Shown: positions 48,233 to 57,317 of the stretch, one piece after another | How positions within the stretch are numbered: the first letter of the stretch is position 1 | Layout: every line of letters begins with the position of its first letter | From: an uncultured virus (IMG/VR IMGVR_UViG_3300017772_000002) | Taxonomy: Duplodnaviria > Heunggongvirae > Uroviricota > Caudoviricetes | Strand: one strand, 5' to 3' | IMG/VR virus record: IMGVR_UViG_3300017772_000002 | Length of the DNA: 64,000 nucleotides | Made by a program: the position numbers and the translations under genes | Notes under the pieces: model-generated | The model's input: the letters and a program-made list of their open reading frames with translations, nothing else | What the model was told of the DNA's origin: nothing | Database searches by the model: none

Positions 48233-48504
48233 TATAGTACCTCCCAACCAAGAACTGTTGATACACGGAATGATCTCCATGCGTCTTTATCCAAAGACCA
48301 AACAGCTAAGTGTTCAGAATCAGGACTGATAGAATCAACAGTGGAATTAACACCATTGGCTTCTAGAACAGCAGGGTTAAGAGAACAGGGCATGACTCGT
48401 ATTTCGTCTGAGTCAATTTTTTGAAAGGTAACAGTTACTGTACCTTTTTTAAGTGCTTCAATCAAGCGGGAACATTCATTTCGATCCATAATAATATCCT
48501 TCAT
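48232..48504 (-). CDS. WYL-like/SH3-fold small protein
   Basis: VTFQK...R.M.C.L...VW....WRSFR. Confidence 0.6.
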   Translation of the reverse strand: MKDIIMDRNECSRLIEALKKGTVTVTFQKIDSDEIRVMPCSLNPAVLEANGVNSTVDSISPDSEHLAVWSLDKDAWRSFRVSTVLGWEVL

Positions 48505-48509
48505 AATAA

Positions 48510-48541
48510 AATTAATAAAATGCGGAGGAGCTACCTCCGCG
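48510..48541 (-). terminator. intrinsic terminator
   Basis: GCGGAGG/CCUCCGC stem followed by a U-rich tract on the minus strand. Confidence 0.65.
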
Positions 48542-48557
48542 ATAAGCTAGTTCGACA

Positions 48558-48827
48558 TTAAGCTTCTTCAGCTTCGACTTCCTCAGGAAGATCATCGCCT
48601 GCAGGAACTGCGCCTTCAGGAACTTCATCTTTAGGAGCAGCAGCTTGTAGGAACCCTACAACTCTGTTTCTTACTCCACCAACAGCTTCAAGCTCTTGGC
48701 CTTCGAAAGCGCCACGTCTAGAACAAATATCGATAATTTGTGCCATAGTAGCGATATCTTGCAGAGACAATTGAGGTGCCTCACCTTCTTGAGCAGCATC
48801 TACTGCTGCGTTTACTTCTTCAGTCAT
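48558..48827 (-). CDS. acidic conserved hypothetical protein
   Basis: LSLQD...IIDICSRRGAF..EL..VG. Confidence 0.7.
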   Translation of the reverse strand: MTEEVNAAVDAAQEGEAPQLSLQDIATMAQIIDICSRRGAFEGQELEAVGGVRNRVVGFLQAAAPKDEVPEGAVPAGDDLPEEVEAEEA

Positions 48828-48928
48828 TTTCTTCTCCTTTGCAAAGTAGACTAATTAATGAAAACCCGACCATTCGGCATTTCCAATATTATCCTCATAT
48901 TATTATGAGAATTTTTTCTGTGCATAAT

Positions 48929-48936
48929 TATTTATA
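48929..48936 (-). promoter_or_regulatory. late promoter
   Basis: TATAAATA overlapping the gp45 stop. Confidence 0.65.
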
Positions 48937-49597
48937 CACCGAAACTTGACGATTTTTCCAAAGCTATAAAATAATCCAAAGGATTATCAGCGTTTCTCCA
49001 ATTAGAAATAAGCTTTGAAGAGATCGATACTTTATAATCACCTTGTAGCATTTTTAAATTAGAAATACTAAATACGTAATTAAAAGTTTCTGTTGAGGTA
49101 GTACCTAGATTAATATCAAAAGTATTAGCTGTTGAATCTTTTTCATTAAATACAGAAGCTATAACTTCGCTGCCTTGGCCGCTGAAGCTTAGTTCAGAAT
49201 GACCAAGAACTGCTGCAGCTTTTCGAATTTTATCTAGGTTTGCTGACGAAATATCAAGTACAACTTCACATTCCGGCATATTAATGTCTTTAGTTGGTTG
49301 TGTAAGAATATCAATTTCTGAATAGAAATATTTAATCTTTTGAGAACCATCAGACATTGTGAGATATTTATCTGAAAAATCAAGCTCTGGGTCATCCATA
49401 AGACTATGCAGAGACAAGAATTCGTTGAGATCATATACACCAAATTCTACTGGAAAGTCTTCCAAAATAGAAGCTGATGCCATAATAGTTTTAGCTTCAG
49501 ACAAAGTTTTAAGCTCTTTGCCCGGTTTAAAAACTAGGTTTGCGTTAATTCCTGAGAAATTTTTCAGGATGTTTATTGTATCACTTGAGATTTTCAT
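48932..49597 (-). CDS. gp45: sliding clamp
   Basis: LKNFSGIN, FGVYDLNEFL, YFIALE. Confidence 0.95.
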   Translation of the reverse strand: MKISSDTINILKNFSGINANLVFKPGKELKTLSEAKTIMASASILEDFPVEFGVYDLNEFLSLHSLMDDPELDFSDKYLTMSDGSQKIKYFYSEIDILTQPTKDINMPECEVVLDISSANLDKIRKAAAVLGHSELSFSGQGSEVIASVFNEKDSTANTFDINLGTTSTETFNYVFSISNLKMLQGDYKVSISSKLISNWRNADNPLDYFIALEKSSSFGV

Positions 49598-49622
49598 ATT
49601 GTACCTTTGTAGTTAATAGTAT

Positions 49623-49652
49623 ATTATAACACATTTTTGTCATAATGTAAAC
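49623..49652 (-). promoter_or_regulatory. early promoter for gp45
   Basis: GTTTACA-N17-TATAAT. Confidence 0.75.
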
Positions 49653-49656
49653 GTTT

Positions 49657-49953
49657 TTAAAAATTATTTTTTCGGTCATGTTCAAATAATGCTAGGAAAC
49701 CATAATGGATAATTTTCATCAAGTCTTTACGATGATCTGATGGATCGCCTTTCTTTCCGTATCTACCATTATACTTATCAACATTTCCTAAGAAGAAACC
49801 AATACCATGACCACGGTCAATGATTACCTCTGATGATTGGAGACCACCTTGTCCATAGTGGCCACCATAAGTTTTATCAATGTACTCACTAAATTCCGCA
49901 ATGAGCTCGTCTTCACGGAATTTATAGTCTATTGATGTTTTCTTTTTTGCCAT
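49657..49953 (-). CDS. DUF3310-like protein
   Basis: HY...GFFLGNV.KY..RYGKK...DLMKIIHY. Confidence 0.65.
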   Translation of the reverse strand: MAKKKTSIDYKFREDELIAEFSEYIDKTYGGHYGQGGLQSSEVIIDRGHGIGFFLGNVDKYNGRYGKKGDPSDHRKDLMKIIHYGFLALFEHDRKNNF

Positions 49954-49954
49954 A

Positions 49955-51097
49955 TTATTCTCCAAAAATTTCTTCGTGCGTTGGCATTTCAGCTTCTGTT
50001 GCTTCAACAACCTCAATGCCAGCGTCGACTTTACTGTAAAGATCTAGGAACGCAGACTTTGTATCTTCGTCAAACCTCGCAATACATAGATCTATTGACT
50101 TAGCCCTATTGTTGAAAATAGAGTAGGTTTGAACAATGTGACAAAGTCTACGTGTTGAAATAACTTCATCAACTCCTTCATCATAAAAAGTCTTTCTAAT
50201 AATATCAGCCCAAGTCACTAGCTTTTCAACGAAGTCTGTATCATCAGCTCCGAATTTAGCCATGTGATTATTGAGAATTTTAGTTTCAATCGAAGGTGAT
50301 GGAAACTTTTGGTCAATAGCAACTGTAAACCTTTCAAGGAAAGCTTCATCAATAATAGAAGCAGCGGTAAACCTACCGTCTTCTGAGCCTTTACCTTTGG
50401 TATTAGCTGTTGCTATAACATTGAATCCAGGCGCCGGAGTAATTGTTTCACCCGTTTTCTTAACGACAACAGGCTTGCCTTCAAGTATACCTTGCAAGCA
50501 CATAATTTTATTTGTAGCTCTATCGATTTCATCGAGTAATAGAACCGCACCGTTCTCCATAGCTTTGAGAACCGGACCTTTAGCGAAGACAGTTTCTCCA
50601 TCGATAAGTCTAAAACCTCCCAACAAATCGTCTTCATCTGTTTCAGGATTGATTTGAACACGTATGAACTCCTTATTAAGTTTAGAACATGCTTGTTCTA
50701 CCATAAAGGTTTTACCATTACCAGATAGACCAGAAATGTAAACCGGATAGAACATTTGCGATTTAACAATTTTAACAACATCACTAAAAGCGCCCCATGG
50801 AACGAATGTTGGATCAGCTTTAGCAAATGATTTTTCTTCATTAACAATTGATTGCATTTTTGCCTTTGGCGATATTTCTACCACGTTAGTTTCCAAAGTT
50901 TGTAGCAGAGCGCTTAGGTCATATGTACCTATTTTAACTCTATTTTCTTTTTGCATTAATGGATTGTAATCTTTACCAGTATAGCCCATAGCTTTACCAG
51001 TGCTTTCGATTACGTTTTTTCTGAACGAAGTTTGGTCAGGATAGTTCGTGGCCAATTCTTTCAGAATGTTTTGGGTTGATATTTTCAAATCTTTCAT
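49955..51097 (-). CDS. CobS/MoxR-like AAA+ ATPase
   Basis: GLSGNGKT, LLDEID, ATANTKGKG, FLERF, STRRL. Confidence 0.9.
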   Translation of the reverse strand: MKDLKISTQNILKELATNYPDQTSFRKNVIESTGKAMGYTGKDYNPLMQKENRVKIGTYDLSALLQTLETNVVEISPKAKMQSIVNEEKSFAKADPTFVPWGAFSDVVKIVKSQMFYPVYISGLSGNGKTFMVEQACSKLNKEFIRVQINPETDEDDLLGGFRLIDGETVFAKGPVLKAMENGAVLLLDEIDRATNKIMCLQGILEGKPVVVKKTGETITPAPGFNVIATANTKGKGSEDGRFTAASIIDEAFLERFTVAIDQKFPSPSIETKILNNHMAKFGADDTDFVEKLVTWADIIRKTFYDEGVDEVISTRRLCHIVQTYSIFNNRAKSIDLCIARFDEDTKSAFLDLYSKVDAGIEVVEATEAEMPTHEEIFGE

Positions 51098-51126
51098 AAT
51101 GTAGTTCCTCATCAAATAATAGATAT

Positions 51127-51197
51127 ATTATAACATACTTTTAGCGTATTGTAAACAGTTTTTTGAAAAAAAATCACTTTTTTTTCACTTTTTTTCA
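51127..51197 (-). promoter_or_regulatory. early promoter with phased GTGA/A-tract upstream repeats
   Basis: GTTTACA-N17-TATAAT plus three GTGA repeats. Confidence 0.75.
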
Positions 51198-53309
51198 CTA
51201 AGCTACAATCCTACCAAAGGTTGTCATAAGTACTTTGTTCTGCTTTTTGCTCTTAGAGTATTTCTTAAAAGCATTAGCCATTTGGTTTTTAGTTTGATCT
51301 GAAGTAACGCCAAACTCATCGTTTTCAGTCGATAGCTTATTACCACCTTTGATCAAGTAAAATTCTTTGTATCCAAGTGCGTCTTTACGCACAACACACT
51401 TGTTTTTTCTGTATTCTTTATTAGCTTCATTTCTGAATTTGTCATCCCAGCTGTTATGAATCTGAGAAATTTTGTGGTTAAACATTCTATTGTCATCAGC
51501 CATAAAGAATCCAATAGTATTGGTTGCATATCTTTTACCAATATTCTCAAGTAATGCTTGCGCTACATCTCTATTACTTTCAGCTTTAACAATTTTACGA
51601 TCAACAATAAGATTAACACCTTTGTATGAACCTCTGGTATCAACTTTGTTACCTTCAAGTTTGCTATCGCTATATGCTTGAAGCGAATTAGATTCTCCAT
51701 CAGAAAGTACAACCAAGTTCATTTTTTCAACTTGGTTTTTAACTTTAAATTCTTTGACAAGATCATGCGCCACAACCAAAGCTTGGTTAAGAGGTGTTGA
51801 CCCAAAGTCTTCAATTTTACCAATCATCTCACGACCAGTCCATTGAGAAACTTTAGACCTCAACCAAAGAGCTTTAACTGATTCATCAAAATCTTTCTTT
51901 TTCAGCTTTGATGATGTTAATAGTGGAAGCGCAATATTGTCTAGATCCATATCACCATCTAATAATAGGCCTTCATCTCTTAGATTGTAAAAGTTTAAAG
52001 CATCGTTTGTTGTAGTAAATGCATAAACGTCAAATGGTATATTTACCTGCTTACAGAAAAGAACCAAGTGAATAAGTTGTTCTAAAACACGAGGTAAAGA
52101 ATCATACATAGATCCAGAATAATCGATCATCATAATCATACCATGGCTTTTGGCATCGTATAATCTTGTTGTTTGTTTAAAGATATCGTCACTGGTTCTG
52201 TACGAGTGAAGCTTATTAACATCAATAACACCAGTCTTTGCTGTAGAAGCTTTAGCCCATTGAGTAGCTGCTTTTCTCATTTCAAATTCTTTAACAGCAA
52301 TAGCAACATTTCTTTTTATGTCTTTAATAGCTTTAGGAAAATCCATTTCAGCAATTTCAATTTCTTTAACTTGACTCGAATGTAAATTTTGCTTTGCATC
52401 TTCTCTTTGTTTTTTGACTTCAGCATAAGGTATAACAATTCTTTTCTTTACTGCTTTGTTAATGTCTTCAACAACTAAAAGTTGATCACCATTTTGATCG
52501 ACATCAAGTAAAGAAGACTCATTAGCTCTAAAGGCTTCGTCAGTAATTGAAACATCCCCACCAGCTCCTTTTTGTGGCTTTTGTTCTGAATCATCTTCTT
52601 CGTCTTCAGCCTCATCGCCACCGACACTTGGTGATTCAGTTTCTTCTTGGTTTTCTTGATCACCTTCGCCATCATTAGAAGAATCGCTTTCTTCTGATTC
52701 AGTACCTTCGTCATTTTCGTTTTCTGGTTCATCGCTTTCAGGCTCTGGCTCTTCTTCCTTTTGAGTTTTGTCATAAGCCACGATGTCTTTAACTAACTCC
52801 AAAACTTCTTGGAAGTCTTCAGTTGAGTTAGCTCTATCCAAAAACTCTTGTTCTTGGTCGTTAAATTCTAAATTAAGATGAGCACCAACTTTAGCTTGAA
52901 GATTAATTTTATCGATAACTTTTAGCTTGGATAGATCATCAATATTATCAGTACCAAAAAAGTTATCATCAAATAATTTTGCGTATGCTCTTGCGAAAGG
53001 ACCAACAAGACCTGGGTATCTAGCTTTTACTTTTCTCTCAATCCTAGCGTCTTCAATAACGTTGATGTATGACCTAGGACAACCTGCTAGTTTTTCTGGA
53101 CTATCATGCCAGCCTTCGTATGGTGTTTCTAATGCATGACCAACTTCATGACCAACAAAAAGATCATAAACGTCTTTACCCATGTCCTTCCATAATGGAA
53201 GACCAAGTACTCTGTTTTTGATATCAAACCAAGGAGTCTGATAATTACCATGTCTAATAGTAATGTTCTCTTTGGCTAGAAGTTTTGGTAGGCTTGAGTT
53301 GTTATACAT
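51198..53309 (-). CDS. CobT-like metallopeptidase-vWA protein
   Basis: HEVGH, EDARIE, acidic linker, MIDAS DYSGS, STPL, LSDGE. Confidence 0.85.
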   Translation of the reverse strand: MYNNSSLPKLLAKENITIRHGNYQTPWFDIKNRVLGLPLWKDMGKDVYDLFVGHEVGHALETPYEGWHDSPEKLAGCPRSYINVIEDARIERKVKARYPGLVGPFARAYAKLFDDNFFGTDNIDDLSKLKVIDKINLQAKVGAHLNLEFNDQEQEFLDRANSTEDFQEVLELVKDIVAYDKTQKEEEPEPESDEPENENDEGTESEESDSSNDGEGDQENQEETESPSVGGDEAEDEEDDSEQKPQKGAGGDVSITDEAFRANESSLLDVDQNGDQLLVVEDINKAVKKRIVIPYAEVKKQREDAKQNLHSSQVKEIEIAEMDFPKAIKDIKRNVAIAVKEFEMRKAATQWAKASTAKTGVIDVNKLHSYRTSDDIFKQTTRLYDAKSHGMIMMIDYSGSMYDSLPRVLEQLIHLVLFCKQVNIPFDVYAFTTTNDALNFYNLRDEGLLLDGDMDLDNIALPLLTSSKLKKKDFDESVKALWLRSKVSQWTGREMIGKIEDFGSTPLNQALVVAHDLVKEFKVKNQVEKMNLVVLSDGESNSLQAYSDSKLEGNKVDTRGSYKGVNLIVDRKIVKAESNRDVAQALLENIGKRYATNTIGFFMADDNRMFNHKISQIHNSWDDKFRNEANKEYRKNKCVVRKDALGYKEFYLIKGGNKLSTENDEFGVTSDQTKNQMANAFKKYSKSKKQNKVLMTTFGRIVA

Positions 53310-53335
53310 AATATGATCCTTTTCAATATACGTAT

Positions 53336-53392
53336 ATTATATCACAAACAAGAGGCATTGTAAACAGTTTTTGTGAAAAAAAGTGATTTTTT
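53336..53392 (-). promoter_or_regulatory. early promoter with UP-like tract
   Basis: GTTTACA-N17-TATAAT preceded by TCACTTTTTTTCAC. Confidence 0.75.
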
Positions 53393-53419
53393 TTATATTA
53401 TTTTGTTATATACTTATAA

Positions 53420-55135
53420 CTATTTGATCTTAGAGAAGTTTCTATCCTTAGTAAACTCAATCTTAGATCTAAACTTATTTTCAAGAATATCGCCTTTATG
53501 TGATATAATAAAGACGTTTGTTCCATCTTCCAAAGTGTTTAAAATCTTAGTCAAATTATCAATACCATCATGATCTAATGAAGAGTCAAAAGTTTCATCC
53601 AAAACCAGCAAATTAGTTGCTGCTGAGTTTTTCATTTTAGCTATTTGTCTCCAAGTAAAGAGTAATGCCAAATCGATACGTTGCTTTTCGCCTTCACTAA
53701 ATGATGTATAATTAAACGCATCACGATGTCTAGATTTTATAGTCTCGTTAAAGATTTCATCTAAATGGAATGCGACAAAGAAATCCAAAACCTGTAGATA
53801 CTGATTAATAAGTCTATTCATTACCGGTAGATACTGTTTAATTACCTTAGTTTTAATGCCTGTATCTTTCAACATCTCGCCTATAACTTCATTATACGTG
53901 CGTTCTTCTACATAAGCGAGCTTTTTCTCTGTAACAGTGTCTTTTGATTCTCTTAATGTTTCAAGATCAGTCTTGGCAGTTTTAATATCACCAGAGGACT
54001 GAAGTAAACCACTAATTTCCTTTTGAATCTTTTCTATTTCTTTTTGAATAAGATTAATTTTGTCATTATTTGAATTAATAGTTCTTTGTCTAGCTATAAG
54101 ATCCTTCATATTATTTTGACAATCTTTTAACTGAGTAATACATTCATTATTTTCTTCAGACAGTTCTTTCATACCTTGTTGTATATTTGCGGCTGAAGAT
54201 TTAATATGACTTAATTTATTCTCTTTAATATTAACATCAATATCCTGATCACATGTTGGACATATTTCATTATCTTCAAAAAACTTTGCTTGGCTTACTA
54301 AATCTTTTATTTTTGATTTGAATAATCTATCTTCAGATTTTATATCTGATATTTTTTGAGAAAGCTCATCGCTTCTTTTATTTTCGATTTCAGTCAAAGC
54401 ATCTAGATTTTTACCAAGCTCTGCTGATTCATTTACTAAATTTTTAACATCACCCTCATAACCACCGATTGATTCTTCTTTAGATTTAATCATATCCTTA
54501 TTAATAGATTGTAAATCACGGATATATTTGTTTTGAGTTTCGATCTTAGCTTTATAAAGATTTAATGAATGGTTTATTTCAGATAGTTCTTCTTTAATTT
54601 TAGAATTACGTTCTTTTAATAGTGAATTCATTTTACTAAAGATATTAATATCGAGAAGGTCTTCAATAACCTCTCTACGTTGGCCTTGTTGTAATTGCAT
54701 AAATGGAATAAATGAACTACTACCAAGTACTACTACCTGATGAAATGATTTATGGTTTAGCTTTAGAATATTTTGTTCTAAGAATTTTTGATAATCTCTA
54801 GCATTACTAGATTGATTAATCATATTACCATTTTGATAAATTTCAAACTTACCGGGTTTAATACCTCGATAAATTCTAAAATCAGAGTTACCAACACTAA
54901 ACTCAACTTCAACAACAGTACCCTTTTTATTAATACTATTGACTAGTTGATCCTTTTTAATATCCCTATGTGACTTACCAAATAAACCAAATGAAAGAGC
55001 ATCCAACATTGTTGACTTGCCAGCACCATTAGATCCAACAACTAATGTTGATGGGGTTCTATCTAATTGTACCTTAATAGTATCATTGCCAGTTGAAAGA
55101 AAGTTCTTCCAGCTAACACTTTTAAAATGTATCAT
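53420..55135 (-). CDS. gp46: Rad50/SbcC-like recombination ATPase
   Basis: GSNGAGKS, CPTC hook, FSEGEK, LDE. Confidence 0.96.
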   Translation of the reverse strand: MIHFKSVSWKNFLSTGNDTIKVQLDRTPSTLVVGSNGAGKSTMLDALSFGLFGKSHRDIKKDQLVNSINKKGTVVEVEFSVGNSDFRIYRGIKPGKFEIYQNGNMINQSSNARDYQKFLEQNILKLNHKSFHQVVVLGSSSFIPFMQLQQGQRREVIEDLLDINIFSKMNSLLKERNSKIKEELSEINHSLNLYKAKIETQNKYIRDLQSINKDMIKSKEESIGGYEGDVKNLVNESAELGKNLDALTEIENKRSDELSQKISDIKSEDRLFKSKIKDLVSQAKFFEDNEICPTCDQDIDVNIKENKLSHIKSSAANIQQGMKELSEENNECITQLKDCQNNMKDLIARQRTINSNNDKINLIQKEIEKIQKEISGLLQSSGDIKTAKTDLETLRESKDTVTEKKLAYVEERTYNEVIGEMLKDTGIKTKVIKQYLPVMNRLINQYLQVLDFFVAFHLDEIFNETIKSRHRDAFNYTSFSEGEKQRIDLALLFTWRQIAKMKNSAATNLLVLDETFDSSLDHDGIDNLTKILNTLEDGTNVFIISHKGDILENKFRSKIEFTKDRNFSKIK

Positions 55136-56193
55136 ACAACCTCTAAGTTTTGAGCTTCAGTATAGAGCTTTCTCAATTCAACCTTTATGTGATCCTTATC
55201 TAAATCAGTCTCAACAGCATCAACATACGTATCTAGCAATTCACCAGTATCCTCAAGAGATACCTTTTCGTCTTCAATGCTATCACCTAAATATTCTTCA
55301 AAGGTTTCAGCAATTTTAAGTTCATATGTTTCTATGCTTTGTAGTTTATCAACAAATCGATCAAACATATAAAGATCAGTTTTATTAACAACAATTAACT
55401 TAATAAACTTATTAGCATATTCTGAAACATCAATTGTGTTATAATCGGTTTTAGTATCATCATAAACAATCTTTTTAAACATAGTAATTGGGTTTCTTAC
55501 AGGTGTTACTTCACGTGTTTCAGTATCTAAGATATGGAAATACTTAGGATCATCACAATCAGACCAAGTAAACTCCATTTGACCACCAAGATAATGTACG
55601 TTTCCTTGACTTGATTTAGTATGGAAATGACCAGTTAACACACTTTCAAATCTAGAAAAAATATCAGCATTCATACCATGTGGATTAGTTATACCAGCCA
55701 TAAGCTCAAAACCTTTAAGCTCTAAGTGAGCGCCAAGAATAGAAGCATTACAGTTCATAGCCCACTTCGTATATTCTTCATAATTAGCATTATTAATCCA
55801 TGGAATGAGACCAACCTTAAGACCATCATAATCAAGTACAGTAGGTTTCATAATGATATTCACATTGCTAGTAAAATAACCTAGCAATTCTTTAAGAGAA
55901 CATAATTCATTAGTGTTTTTATAATAGACATCATGATTACCAGGGATAATATCCATAGTGATACCAAGATCACGCATAGGTTCAAGAAAATGTTTACGAT
56001 TTGCATTAAGAGCTTTAAAGTTTACAAACTTCCGATGCTCATAGTAATCACCTAAGTGTAATATGTTTGTAATACCATGTTCTTTTAGGTATGGAAAAAA
56101 TATTTCACTATAAAATCTTTCTTGGTAATCTAAAAAAATGTCAGATGAATTTCTTACACCACAATGGGTGTCATTTAAAATAGCAATCTTCAT
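55132..56193 (-). CDS. gp47: Mre11/SbcD-like nuclease
   Basis: DTH, GD, GNHD, GHFH. Confidence 0.96.
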   Translation of the reverse strand: MKIAILNDTHCGVRNSSDIFLDYQERFYSEIFFPYLKEHGITNILHLGDYYEHRKFVNFKALNANRKHFLEPMRDLGITMDIIPGNHDVYYKNTNELCSLKELLGYFTSNVNIIMKPTVLDYDGLKVGLIPWINNANYEEYTKWAMNCNASILGAHLELKGFELMAGITNPHGMNADIFSRFESVLTGHFHTKSSQGNVHYLGGQMEFTWSDCDDPKYFHILDTETREVTPVRNPITMFKKIVYDDTKTDYNTIDVSEYANKFIKLIVVNKTDLYMFDRFVDKLQSIETYELKIAETFEEYLGDSIEDEKVSLEDTGELLDTYVDAVETDLDKDHIKVELRKLYTEAQNLEVV

Positions 56194-56194
56194 A

Positions 56195-56770
56195 TTATAC
56201 CATAAATAATTCTAGTTTTTCTCGTTCTTTCTCAATCTTAGCAAACTCTTTAAGTTTAGCATCCTTGGTTCTAATTTGATCAATACGAGCTCTTAAGGTA
56301 TCTACGTACTCCATAGTTTGAGCAGCACCATTATCATCCATTCCCATAGCAGCAAAATCTTCAATACCCATCTTTTCAATATATTTAAATTTTATTTCTT
56401 GTTGTTTCTTCTCTTTGGTAATACGCCTAATAAATGCAAAGAAACAAATTTGAGTAAAATAAGAAAATGCATTTGGATTACCTGTTCTTGTAGCAGTATC
56501 AATATTATAGTTATTAATAGCTCTCAAACAATTTTCAACTCCATCCATAACCATTTCTTCTCTATAAGTGTACCGAACGAAGTTCGGTCTGTGAGACAGT
56601 CCTTCCGATATTTTCATGAAACAAGAGGCAATATAATTGGTTACCTTTGGGATTTCTTTTTCAGCTTCTTTTGCTGCATTTACAGATTTTACATACTCAA
56701 CAACCGCTAAGGAAAATTCCTTATTGTTCACATAATGTGGCTTAGCTTTCGGTTTGATTTTTGTGGTCAT
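56195..56770 (-). CDS. gp55: late-transcription sigma factor
   Basis: HYVNNKEF, YTYREEM..DG.ENC, NAFSYFTQI. Confidence 0.95.
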   Translation of the reverse strand: MTTKIKPKAKPHYVNNKEFSLAVVEYVKSVNAAKEAEKEIPKVTNYIASCFMKISEGLSHRPNFVRYTYREEMVMDGVENCLRAINNYNIDTATRTGNPNAFSYFTQICFFAFIRRITKEKKQQEIKFKYIEKMGIEDFAAMGMDDNGAAQTMEYVDTLRARIDQIRTKDAKLKEFAKIEKEREKLELFMV

Positions 56771-56794
56771 AATTATCTCCTAATAATGTATTAT

Positions 56795-56824
56795 ATTATA
56801 TCATAGTTTAAGGCAAATGTAAAC
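56795..56824 (-). promoter_or_regulatory. early promoter for gp55
   Basis: GTTTACA-N17-TATAAT. Confidence 0.75.
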
Positions 56825-56854
56825 GTTTATTTCATAAAATTTATTTAAAATTAA

Positions 56855-56906
56855 TTCACTTTTTTTCACAAAAACCGTTTACAAATCATAAAAAGTATGA
56901 TATAAT
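56855..56906 (+). promoter_or_regulatory. plus-strand early-type promoter with no downstream sense gene
   Basis: TCACTTTTTTTCAC-AAAAACC-GTTTACA-N17-TATAAT. Confidence 0.75.
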
Positions 56907-56942
56907 ATAGATGTTACCGGGGAGGTTAGGGGTATACTAAAG

Positions 56943-57317
56943 TTAATGATAGGTTGGTTCAATGTCTTCTTCATCGTCTGTATCATCATCTAATGCACGC
57001 TCACCTTCGAGTTCATAATTATGTTTACTAAATTCACCACGTATGAGCTCTTGACAAGAATATTTAATGTATGATTCCTTTGTCTCTTCAACTACTTCTG
57101 TATGGTTAATCACAAACCTTTTCATGATCTTAAACACCTTTTTATCGGAAAACGGAAACCAGTCACCAAACGTAAACATTCCATCTGATGATACCTGCAC
57201 GACCGCAGGTCGTTCTACGATAAACGCATGCTCATTTGAGCTTTGAACATAGCAAATAATATCTTCGCTATTTGTAAGTTTAAAATGTCTTATATCGACT
57301 TCTTTAATAGTTTCCAT
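56943..57317 (-). CDS. conserved T4-like protein (Sm-like)
   Basis: FKLTNSEDII; position between uvsW and gp55. Confidence 0.65.
   Translation of the reverse strand: METIKEVDIRHFKLTNSEDIICYVQSSNEHAFIVERPAVVQVSSDGMFTFGDWFPFSDKKVFKIMKRFVINHTEVVEETKESYIKYSCQELIRGEFSKHNYELEGERALDDDTDDEEDIEPTYH

Noticed and set aside
49955..53309. Cobalamin biosynthesis (cobS/cobT)
   Set aside because: This is a MoxR-type AAA/vWA pair common in T4-like phages; no other cob genes are present.
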